Origin: Eledone cirrhosa
Taxonomy: Eukaryota
Assembly (NCBI GenBank): GCA_964016885.1
Contig: OZ024742.1
Span: forward strand, 372,310,001-372,374,000
Direction of reading: 5' to 3'
Length of the DNA: 64,000 bases
Shown here: one piece after another, positions 39,988 through 50,600 of the stretch
How the letters are laid out: each line of letters starts with the position of its first letter
How positions within the stretch are numbered: position 1 is the stretch's first letter
Notes under the pieces: generated by a model
The model's database searches: none
Seen by the model: the letters and a program-made list of their open reading frames with translations, nothing else
What the model was told of the DNA's origin: nothing
Translations under genes and position numbers: made by a program

Positions 39988-40039
<52 letters not shown>

Positions 40040-40133
40040 TAATATATATAGATATATATATATATATATAATATATATATTATATATATATTATATATAT
40101 ATATATCTATATAATATATATATATATATATAT

Positions 40134-40993
40134 ATTAGCAACGGAGGTGGGTGCTCAGAAAGTACAATAACTAGGGTAAGAACGGGATGGAAGAAGTTTA
40201 AGGAACTACTACCACTGCTAGCTGCAAAAGGCTTCTCCCTCAGAATGAAAGGCAGACTGTATGATGCGTGTATCCGAACAGCGATGTTGCATGGTAGTGA
40301 GACCTGGGCGCTGAAGGTGGAAGACTTACGTAGATTAGAGAGAAACGAAGCCTGCATGCTCCGATGGATGTGTAACAGTAATATACGTGAACGACAAAGC
40401 ATAAAGGAATTGAGAGAGAGACTGAGCATAAGAGGAATCAAATGCTGCGTGCAGGAGAGGCGGTTACGCTGGTATGGACATGTGATGCGTATGAAGGATG
40501 ACAGCTGCATAAAAAAGTGCAGAGCACTAGAAGTTGATGGAAACCGCGGAGTGGGGAGACCCAAGATGACTTGGGATGAAGTGATAAAAGCCGACCTTAC
40601 CCAACTACACCTCTCAAAGTCAATGACACACGACCGTGACTTCTGGCGTCACGCAGTAATACAGGGTACCCGACCTCCCATGGGTACATGCTGAAGCATA
40701 TAAACAATATGCCCCCCCCCCCCACCGCAAGGTGGTCGTGGAGGTGCCACGGCAAAAAAGCGCCCAGCCCACACTGTAAAGTGGACGTGTAGGCGCCACG
40801 AAAAAGCACCCAGCACTCACTGTAAATGAGGTTGGTGTTAGGAAGGGCATCCAGCTGTAGAAATCAAGCCAGATCAGTTCCTGTATGAGCAAGGCATGGT
40901 CAGCCGACCAGACACTGCCCACAACAGGACAACCCGTCTAACCCATGCTAGCGTGGAAGAACGGACGTAAAACGGTGATGATGATGATGATGA

Positions 40994-40997
<4 letters not shown>
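40134..40997 (+). mobile_element. 5'-truncated young RTE copy (subfamily A) inside (TA)n
   Basis: Nearly identical to the reverse complement of 43983-44845. Confidence 0.95.
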
Positions 40998-41059
<62 letters not shown>

Positions 41060-41065
<6 letters not shown>

Positions 41066-41407
41066 AGGCACATGGCCTAGTGGTTAGGGCATTGGGCTTG
41101 CAATGGAAAGGTTGTGAGTTCAATTCTCAGACCAGGTGATGTGTTGTTTCCTTGAGCAAGACACTTTATTTCACATTGCTCAATTTTACTCAGCTGTAGA
41201 AATGAGATGATAGGGACCCCAGTCGCTATCATTCCACTGCAAAGTGGTCGTGTAGGTGCCGCGGCAAAAAAGCACCCAGCACTCACTGTAAATGAGGTTG
41301 GTGTTAGGAAGGGCATCCAGATTAGAAATCAAGCCAGAATCAGTTCCCATCCGACCCTTGCAAGCAGGGAAAAGCGGACGTAAAATGAAATGATGATGAT
41401 GATGATG

Positions 41408-41409
<2 letters not shown>
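41060..41409 (+). mobile_element. SINE family 2 copy
   Basis: Highly similar to 25660-26006. Confidence 0.88.
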
Positions 41410-41438
<29 letters not shown>

Positions 41439-41576
41439 AATATATTTATATATGTATGTATATATATATATATATTTATAGTGGTAGATAATATGGAAGG
41501 TAATATCCGTAGTGGTAGAGCACTCAGTCCATGGGACGAGTTAGGTAGAAGTGGTTACACAACAGTTAGTTCACCA

Positions 41577-41619
41577 TACCGAGTACATTTGTTTCACCTT
41601 AGAGGATCTTCAGCTCGTA
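41577..41619 (-). ncRNA. Minimal type I hammerhead ribozyme motif
   Basis: Reverse complement reads TACGAG-CTGAAGA-T CC TCTAA GG T-GAAA-C AAAT G-TA|CTCGGTA. Confidence 0.65.
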
Positions 41620-41637
41620 ATAGACATCAATGTCCAT

Positions 41638-41680
41638 TACGAGCTGAGGAGCCGCTAAGGTGAAACAATTGTTCTCGGTA
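41638..41680 (+). ncRNA. Minimal type I hammerhead ribozyme motif
   Basis: TACGAG-CTGAGGA-GCC GCTAA GGT-GAAA-C AATT G-TT|CTCGGTA, with palindromic stem III ACAATTGT. Confidence 0.7.
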
Positions 41681-41789
41681 TGGTGAACTAACTGTTGTGT
41701 AACCACTTCTATATATATTTATATTTTTGTGTGTATATGTGTGTAACATCATCATTGTTTAATGTCCATATATATATACATTATGTCAG

Positions 41790-42250
41790 GTCACTCTTCA
41801 GCACTACTGGTAACATGTAACCCTGTACAAGCTGTGCATGGTCAGGTCATCAGCGACTAAACCAGCAACCCTACCAAGCTTGTTTGGTGAGGAGGAGGAT
41901 TTTGGACACCCTAGGGATGGAAAATTAAATCCATCAATGGGTGGAGGAACTCAGGAGAGTCAACAGCCATCCAATAAAGTTTTTTTTTTGTGGGATGAGA
42001 GGCCCCTAGTCTTCATTAAGCCATCTCTCTAGGAGAAGGTCTCTCTGATATAAAACCTGTGACTTTGTTTGTATCAACGATGTAGACTAGTTCTTTTTGG
42101 ACAAATGCATTTGATGTTCAGAGAGTGGGATTAGCCCCATACAAAGCCTTTCCTCACTTAAAAAAAGCTTCAAACACAGACATCACTTGTTATGTGACAT
42201 TGTCTGTGATGTATGGTATTGCTGGCCACGTCCGTGATTCTCATGCTTAA
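41790..42250 (+). mobile_element. Possible degenerate 5' UTR of an RTE-like element
   Basis: The CTAGGAGAAGG...CTCTGA...AAACC motif is recalled from such UTRs. Weak evidence. Confidence 0.3.
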
Positions 42251-42314
42251 ATATTAAGCGATAGCATTACTCGAAACGAGTTGCAGCCATCATATATATA
42301 TATTGTGTATATAT

Positions 42315-42645
42315 ATCATCTTCATTTTACGTCTGCTTTTCCCTGCTTGCAAGGGTGGGACGGGAACTGATTCTGGCTTGATTTCTACAGCTGGATGCCC
42401 TTCTTAACACCAACCTCATTTACAGTGAGTGCTGGGAGCTTTTTTGCCGTGGCACCTCCACGACCACTTTGCAGTGGAATGATAGGGACCCCAGTCCTAT
42501 CATCTCATTTCTACAGCTGAGTAAACTGGAACAATGTGAAATAAAGTGTCTTGCTCAAGGAAACAACACATCACCCGGTCTGAGAATTGAACTCACAACC
42601 TTTCGATTGCATGGCTCTAACCACTAAACCATGTGCCTCCATATA
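42315..42645 (-). mobile_element. SINE family 2 copy
   Basis: Reverse complement of 25660-26006. Confidence 0.88.
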
Positions 42646-42925
42646 TATATATATACTTATATTTTAATTATGATTGCCACTGCATCTGATAAGCAAATTA
42701 ATCCCAAAGTAGAAGCTGTTGTCATTGATTAAGTTCAGAGCTGGCCATTTGTGAAACACATGTTATGCATAATATACAGATAAAATATGCTAAACTGAAA
42801 CTTCAATCTCTCATTCTTAATATGTATGTGTGTGTATATGTATATATATACATACATATATATATATGTGTATGTATATATACATATATGTATGTATACA
42901 TACATATAGATATATACATATATGC

Positions 42926-42967
<42 letters not shown>

Positions 42968-43564
42968 CATATTTTAAGCCAATCTATTAAAATGTTGCTT
43001 TATTCATCTAATCAACAATGAATATCTCTTCATGTGTGTTTGTATTCATCTGTTATATCATTTATCCCTGACTACGTTGAAGCGAATGTTATTACGAAAT
43101 CTACCAGAATATTATCTCTACTCTACTGGATGTATATGTTTAGTAACTATTAAAGAATACAAGAACATCCCCCATAAACTTCCATTCCATTCTATTCTAG
43201 ACCAGCATTTTTTAAAACTGGTTATGACATTTAACTATGGTATTCCTGGAAGCAGCTGCCTATTTCAGTTCCTACGTTGCGTCTGCTGTTTGCATTCATA
43301 TAATAAAAAGAAAATATATATTTAAAAAAAAAGCCACACACACAGACAAACAAAAAGAACCATTAGTTTATGAGTCATCAGTCAACACTCAGCTTCCGCT
43401 CACACTATACCTCCTTTTCTTCTCTCACTGCTAATCTTTCACTTCACTGTTTACAGCAGCCTTCCTCTTTTATATATTCACTGAAAAATGTCAAAAGTAC
43501 CTGCTGATGCACATTCCTCATTTAGCTGTGAATTTCATTGAGAAAGGGGTGCAATACTTAATGA

Positions 43565-43983
43565 ACAACATTCTATAAACTCTAAATCTCATTCTATATA
43601 ACTCTATAAATCTCATTTTATATAACTCTATAAATCTCATTCTATATAACTCTATAAATCTCATTCTATATGACTCTATAAATCTCATTCTATAAACTCT
43701 AAATCTCATTCTATAAAACTCTAAATCTCATTCTATATAACTCTATAAATCTCTTTCTATATAACTCTAAAAGTCTCATTCTATATAAACTGTAAATCTC
43801 ATTCTATAAACTGTAAATCTCATTCTATAAGCTGTAAATCTCATTCTATATAAACTGTAAATCTCATTCTATAAACTGTAAATCTCATTCTATAAACTGT
43901 AAATCTCATTCTATATAAACTGTAAATCTCATTCTATATAAACTGTAAATCTCATTCTATATAAACTGTAAATCTCATTCTAT
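43565..43983. repeat. Left edge of the 20/22-bp satellite
   Basis: AAACT(C/G)TAAATCTCATTCTAT(AT) units. Confidence 0.92.
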
Positions 43984-46900
43984 CATCATCATCATCATCA
44001 TCACCGTTTTACGTCCGTTCTTCCACGCTAGCATGGGTTAGACGGGTTGTCCTGTTGTGGGCAGTGTCTGGTCGGCTGACCATGCCTTGCTCATACAGGA
44101 ACTGATCTGGCTTGATTTCTACAGCTGGATGCCCTTCCTAACACCAACCTCATTTACAGTGAGTGCTGGGTGCTTTTTCGTGGCGCCTACACGTCCACTT
44201 TACAGTGTGGGCTGGGTGCTTTTTTGCCGTGGCACCTCCACGACCACCTTGCGGTGGGGGGGGGGGGCATATTGTTTATATGCTTCAGCATGTACCCATG
44301 GGAGGTCGGGTACCCTGTATTACTGCGTGACGCCAGAAGTCACGGTCGTGTGTCATTGACTTTGAGAGGTGTAGTTGGGTAAGGTCGGCTTTTATCACCT
44401 CATCCCAAGTCATCTTGGGTCTCCCCACTCCGCGGTTTCCATCAACTTCTAGTGCTCTGCACCTTTTTATGCAGCTGTCATCCTTCATACGCATCACATG
44501 TCCATACCAGCGTAACCGCCTCTCCTGCACGCAGCATTTGATTCCTCTTATGCTCAGTCTCTCTCTCAATTCATTTATGCTTTGTCGTTCACGTATATTA
44601 CTGTTACACATCCATCGGAGCATGCAGGCTTCGTTTCTCTCTAATCTACGTAAGTCTTCCACCTTCAGCGCCCAGGTCTCACTACCATGCAACATCGCTG
44701 TTCGGATACACGCATCATACAGTCTGCCTTTCATTCTGAGGGAGAAGCCTTTTGCAGCTAGCAGTGGTAGTAGTTCCCTAAACTTCTTCCATCCCGTTCT
44801 TACCCTAGTTATTGTACTTTCTGAGCACCCACCTCCGTTGCTAATTCGGTCACCTAGGTAGCAGAAGCTGTCTACTGTTTCTACAGGGCCCTCCCAGAGA
44901 TTGGTGGTACTTGTTTCCTGTGGCTGTTTGCTTGCTGTTTCAGCACAGCTGCTGCATGTGAATCCTACATTCTTAATTAAGCTTCCTGAGATCCCGCTAC
45001 ATCTCTTGTGTACCCATTGTTTGCATTTGGGGCAAAGAATGGAGTTCCTACCTACACCTTTCCTACATACTGAGCAAGGCCATTTCCCTGAGGGGATCTG
45101 GGTTCTGTTTTCTCGTCTACTTATAAGGACCTTAGTCTTTGTCATGTTGACTTTGAGGCCCTTTCTCTCTAGTCCCTGCTTCCAGGTTTGGAATTTATTC
45201 TCTAGTTCTACCATAGATTCAGCTATGAGTGCGAGGTCATCAGCATACAGGAGTTCCCATGGGCATCCGGTCTTAAACTCCTCCGTTATTGCCTGCAGGA
45301 CTATGATGAACAGGAGAGGGCTAAGAACAGAGCCCTGGTGGACCCCAACCTGTACGCGAAATTCCTCGCTATACTCATTGCCAATCCTAACTTTGCTGAC
45401 TGCTCCCCTATACATGGCTTGTACCGCTTTCCCAAGCCATTCATCTACTCCTAGTTTTCTAAGAGCCCACCAGATTACTGCACGTGGAACTCTGTCAAAG
45501 GCTTTCTCAAGGTCGACAAATGCCAAGTAGAGTGGCTTACTTTTAGCTAGGTACTTTTCCTGTAATTGCCTCACAAGGAAGAGCGCATCAGTGGTGCCTT
45601 TCCCTGGAACAAACCCAAATTGCATCTCGTCTATATTCACCCGGTCCCTAATCAGCTGTGCTATAACTCTTTCTGTTACTTTCATGACCTGGTCCATCAA
45701 CTTTATACCTCTATAGTTTCCTCTATCTAGTGCATCGCCTTTACCTTTGTAGCAGTTGACAATGATGCTACTGCACCAATCTTTTGGTATGGCCCCCTCT
45801 AGTATTACCTGGTTAACGATACGTGTGGTTATAGTGTGACCTACAGACCCAGATGCCTTCAGCATCTCGGCAGCTATACCCGATGGACCGGTTGCCTTCC
45901 CTATCTTCATATCTCTGATTGCCTTACTTACTACGCTGCCGCTGACTTGTACTGCTGGTCCCTCTATAGGGTCTACGTGGGGTAGGGTCTCTTCTTCCCA
46001 TGCATTCTCCTCATTTAGTAATCTATCATAATGACTCTTCCATGCATCTTTCTTCTCAGCACTTGTGAGGGCAAGCTCACCTTTATCATTCCGGATACAC
46101 TTCTCTCCAATGACATCACAACTATCTCTGACACACTGCCTCGCAATCTTGAATACCTCCTGTTTCTGGTCCTCACGTTGTAAAACATGCTTGAATTTTC
46201 TATCCTCTGCTTCCCTCCTAGCTAAGTATACTTGTCGCCTAGCTTCCCTCTTGGTCTCTATGTAATGTACCCTGCTCCCCCCGTTCTTCCATTCTTTCCA
46301 TGCCTGTCTCTTGGCCTTGACTGCTTCATCTACCTTATTGTTCCACCACCAAGTCACTCTCCTCCTGCTTGAGGTCTTACTCCAGCCACAAACCTCATCC
46401 GTCGCCTCTAGTAAGTTATTTTTTAGGAACTCCCAGTTCTCTTCTACGTTAAATGTCTCTATCTGTTCTTCTTTACTGTCGTAGGCGTTGAGTAAAATAT
46501 CTTTAAATCTGTTACTGGTTGAGGGGACTTTCAGCTTCCAGATCTTTCTTCTCCAGGTTGGCCTCTGTTTCAGGGCTCGTCTAGTTCTGACCGTGAGGTC
46601 GCTGACAACTAAGCTATGTTGGGATGTACATTCCTCACTAGGGAAGGCTTTTGTGTTTACGACCGTCCATCTGTCACGTCCTCTGATGAGGATAAAATCT
46701 AACTGACTAGAGTGCTCCCCTGATCTATAGGTGATCAGGTGGTTGTCGGGTTTTTTAAAGTTTGTGTTACATATCGACATGTCATTGGCGTCGCAGAATT
46801 CTAGAAGTCTGAATCCTTCCTCATTCCTTGTGCCAACTCCATGGCCTCCATGTACTCTATTGAAGCCGTCGCAGTGTTTACCTACGTGTCCGTTAAAATC

Positions 46901-47643
46901 TCCTGCAATGATTAGGAAGTCCTTGTCGTCTGTTAGAGCAGTAGTGTGTATTAGGGACTCGTAAAACCTATCCTTAAGTTCGTCTGGCAGCCCCGATTGG
47001 GGTGCGTAAGCTGATATTATTGTGGTAATTGTCTTATTCAGGACTAGTCTGAGTTTAATGATTCTTGCATTTACCCTGTACACTGAGATTACTTTATCTA
47101 CCCACTTGTCAGCTAATAGTATACCTACACCACCCATCCCATCGTCATTTCCCACCCAGAAAAATTTGTAGCACTGGCTTTTTCCTACAAGGACTCTAGC
47201 AGACCCTCCTCTCCATCTAGTCTCTTGCACACAGCATACATCAACTTCCTTTCGCTCTAGCATTTCTACGATTTCTCCTGCTCTTCCTTTCATTGAGCCT
47301 ACATTGATGGTACCAACTCGGAGTTTTGGGCATTTGTCGACACTCGTAGGGGAGGGTCTCTGGGTTGGCGCTTCACGTGGGTGCTTGGTAGCTCGCAGAT
47401 TCATATTTCATCTATTGATTCAGAGTTGCTCGTGTATTCCCAGCTCATCCATCCCTAACGGTGGGAAAATTGAGGGCTAGAAGGACAGTGGTGGTGGGGT
47501 AATGGCAGGGTGTGTTGGGATGCGCCAGAGGAGGAGAGAGTTAGTTAGGCAGGTAGTAGCAGCAGCAGCAGTGGAAATGGCATGCTAGGTTTGATTGGTC
47601 GAATAGACTATGGTGGTGTGTGGGGGTGGGGGGGAGGGAAATT
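43984..47643 (-). mobile_element. Full-length intact RTE LINE (subfamily A), ~3.66 kb, inserted in the satellite
   Basis: About 240-bp 5' UTR, single ORF, about 300-bp 3' UTR, (ATG)n tail; the satellite resumes on both sides. Confidence 0.96.
44285..47404 (-). CDS. RTE ORF: APE endonuclease + reverse transcriptase with a PHD-like Zn finger, 1039 aa
   Basis: VQETRW, AYAPQ, GDFNGH, SQH (APE); NYRGIKL, DLEKAFD, GVHQGSVLSP, YADD, FCYLG (RT). No stops. Confidence 0.96.
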   Translation of the reverse strand: MNLRATKHPREAPTQRPSPTSVDKCPKLRVGTINVGSMKGRAGEIVEMLERKEVDVCCVQETRWRGGSARVLVGKSQCYKFFWVGNDDGMGGVGILLADKWVDKVISVYRVNARIIKLRLVLNKTITTIISAYAPQSGLPDELKDRFYESLIHTTALTDDKDFLIIAGDFNGHVGKHCDGFNRVHGGHGVGTRNEEGFRLLEFCDANDMSICNTNFKKPDNHLITYRSGEHSSQLDFILIRGRDRWTVVNTKAFPSEECTSQHSLVVSDLTVRTRRALKQRPTWRRKIWKLKVPSTSNRFKDILLNAYDSKEEQIETFNVEENWEFLKNNLLEATDEVCGWSKTSSRRRVTWWWNNKVDEAVKAKRQAWKEWKNGGSRVHYIETKREARRQVYLARREAEDRKFKHVLQREDQKQEVFKIARQCVRDSCDVIGEKCIRNDKGELALTSAEKKDAWKSHYDRLLNEENAWEEETLPHVDPIEGPAVQVSGSVVSKAIRDMKIGKATGPSGIAAEMLKASGSVGHTITTRIVNQVILEGAIPKDWCSSIIVNCYKGKGDALDRGNYRGIKLMDQVMKVTERVIAQLIRDRVNIDEMQFGFVPGKGTTDALFLVRQLQEKYLAKSKPLYLAFVDLEKAFDRVPRAVIWWALRKLGVDEWLGKAVQAMYRGAVSKVRIGNEYSEEFRVQVGVHQGSVLSPLLFIIVLQAITEEFKTGCPWELLYADDLALIAESMVELENKFQTWKQGLERKGLKVNMTKTKVLISRRENRTQIPSGKWPCSVCRKGVGRNSILCPKCKQWVHKRCSGISGSLIKNVGFTCSSCAETASKQPQETSTTNLWEGPVETVDSFCYLGDRISNGGGCSESTITRVRTGWKKFRELLPLLAAKGFSLRMKGRLYDACIRTAMLHGSETWALKVEDLRRLERNEACMLRWMCNSNIRERQSINELRERLSIRGIKCCVQERRLRWYGHVMRMKDDSCIKRCRALEVDGNRGVGRPKMTWDEVIKADLTQLHLSKSMTHDRDFWRHAVIQGTRPPMGTC

Positions 47644-50600
47644 TAAACTGTAAATCTCATTCTATAAACTGTAAATCTCATTCTATAAACTGTAAATCTC
47701 ATTCTATAGAAACTGTAAATCTCATTCTATATAAACTGTAAATCTTATTCTATAAACTGTAAATCTCTTTCTATATAAACTGTAAATCTCATTCTATAAA
47801 CTGTAAATCTCATTCTATATAAACTGTAAATCTCATTCTATATAAACTGTAAATCTCATTCTATATAAACTGTAAATCTCATTCTATAAACTGTAAAACT
47901 CTTTCCATATAAACTGTAAATCTCATTCTATATGAACTGTAAATCTCTTTTTATATAAACTGTAAATCTCTTTCTATATAAACGGTAAATCTCATTCTAT
48001 AGAAACTGTAAATCTCTTTCTATATAAACTGTAAATCTCATTCTATATAAACTGTAAATCTCTTTCTATATAAACTGTAAATCTCATTCTATAAACTGTA
48101 AATCTCATTCTATAAACTGTAAATCTCATTCTATATAAACTGTAAATCTCATTCTATATAAACTGTAAATCTCATTCTATATAAACTGTAAATGTCATTC
48201 TATATAAACTGTAAATCTCATTCTATATAAACTGTAAATCTCATTCTATATAAACTGTAAATCTCTTTCTATATAAACTGTAAATCTCATTCTATAAACT
48301 GTAAATCTCATTCTATATAAAATGTAAATCTCTTTCTATATAAACTGTAAATCTCATTCTATATAAACTGTGAATCTCATTCTATAAACTGTAAATCTCT
48401 TTCTATATAAACTGTAAATCTCATTCTATATAAGCTGTAAATCTCATTCTATAAACTGTAAATCTCTTTCTATATAAACTGTAAATCTCATTCTATATAA
48501 ACTGTATATATCATTCTATAAACTGTAAATCTCAGTCTATAAACTGTAAATCTCTTTCTATATAAACTGTAAATCTCTTTCTATATGAACTGTAAATCTC
48601 TTTCTATATAAACTGTGAATCTCATTCTATATAAGCTGTAAATCTCATTCTATGAACTGTAAATCTCTTTCTATATAAACTGTAAATCTCATTCTATATA
48701 AACTGTAAATCTCATTCTATAAACTGTAAATCTCTTTCTATATAAACTGTAAATCTCATTCTATATAAACTGTAAATCTCTTTCTATATAAACTGTAAAT
48801 TTCATTCTATAACCTGTAAATCTCTTTCTATATAAACAGTAAATCTCATTCTATATAAACTGTAAATCTCTTTCTATATAAACTGTAAATCTCATTCTAT
48901 ATAAACTGTGAATCTCATTCTATAAACTGTAAATCTCTTTCTATATAAACTGTAAATCTCATTCTATATACACTGTAAATCTCTTTCTATATAAACGGTA
49001 AATCTCATTCTATATAAACTGTAAATCTCATTCTATAAACTGTGAATCCCTTTCTATATAAACTGTAAATCTCGTTCTATATAAGCTGTAAATCTCATTC
49101 TATAAACTGTAAATCTCTTTCTATATAAGCTGTAAATCTCATTCTATATAAACTGTAAATCTCATTCTATAAACTGTAATTCTCATTCTATGAACTGTAA
49201 ATCTCTTTCTATATAAACTGTAAATCTCATTCTATATAAACTGTAAATCTCATTCTATAAACTGTAAATCTCATTCTATATAAACTGTAAATCTCTTTCT
49301 ATATAAACTGTAAATCTCATTCTATATAAACTGTAAATCTCATTCTATCAACTGTAAATCTCTTTCTATATAAACTGTAAATCTCATTCTATATAAGCTG
49401 TAAATCTCATTCTATAAACTGTAAATCTCTTTCTATATAAACTGTAAATCTCATTCTATATAAACTGTATATATCATTCTATAAACTGTAAATCTCAGTC
49501 TATAAACTGTAAATCTCTTTCTATATAAACTGTAAATCTCTTTCTATATGAACTGTAAATCTCTTTCTATATAAACTGTAAATCTCATTCTATATAAGCT
49601 GTAAATCTCATTCTATGAACTGTAAATCTCTTTCTATATAAACTGTAAATCTCATTCTATAAACTGTAAATCTCTTTCTATATAAACTGTAAATCTCATT
49701 CTATATAAACTGTAAATCTCTTTCTATATAAACTGTAAATTTCATTCTATAACCTGTAAATCTCTTTCTATATAAACTGTAAATCTCATTCTATATAAAC
49801 TGTAAATCTCTTTCTATATAAACTGTAAATCTCATTCTATGTAAACTGTGAATCTCATTCTATAAACTGTAAATCTCTTTCTATATAAACTGTAAATCTC
49901 ATTCTATATACACTGTAAATCTCATTCTATATAAACGGTAAATCTCATTCTATATAAACTGTAAATCTCATTCTATAAACTGTGAATCTCTTTCTATATA
50001 AACTGTAAATCTCGTTCTATATAAGCTGTAAATCTCATTCTATAAACTGTAAATCTCTTTCTATATAAGCTGTAAATCTCATTCTATATAAACTGTAAAT
50101 CTCATTCTATAAACTGTAAATCTCATTCTATGAACTGTAAATCTCTTTCTATATAAACTGTAAATCTCATTCTATATAAACTGTAAATCTCATTCTATAA
50201 ACTGTAAATCTCTTTCTGTATAAACTGTAAATCTCATTCTACATAAACTGTAAATCTCTTTCTATATAAACTGTAAATTTCATTCTATAAACTGTAAATC
50301 TCTTTCTATATAAACTGTAAATCTCATCCTATATAAACTGTGAATCTCTTTCTATATAAACTGTAAATCTCATTCTATATAAACTGTGAATCTCATTCTA
50401 TAAACTGTAAATATCTTTCTATATAAACTGTAAATCTCATTCTATATACACTGTAAATCTCTTTCTATATAAACTGTAAATCTCATTCTATATAAACTGT
50501 AAATCTCATTCTATAAACTGTAAATCTCTTTCCATATAAACTGTAAATCTCATTCTATATAAGCTGTAAATCTCATTCTATAAACTGTAAATCTCTTTCT

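Larger units (their letters stand above)
38989..39992. mobile_element. Inverted duplication of a ~480-bp hammerhead-containing monomer (retrozyme/Penelope pLTR-like)
   Basis: Arms 38989-39479 and 39479-39992 are permuted reverse complements, flanked by (TA)n. Confidence 0.8.
41480..41711. mobile_element. Small fold-back element with 76-bp inverted arms, each carrying a hammerhead motif
   Basis: Arms 41546-41621 and 41636-41711, flanked by TA-rich microsatellite. Confidence 0.75.

Noticed and set aside
39807-40133. N-terminal part of the 295-aa ORF
   Set aside because: Chance read-through across palindrome and (TA)n into the truncated RTE.
46684-46715. CTGATGAG GAT AAA ATC T hammerhead-like start
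   Set aside because: No GAAA after stem II and no stem I; it is antisense to the RTE coding sequence.
44415-46964. + strand ORFs of 66-209 aa
   Set aside because: Antisense shadows of the RTE ORF.
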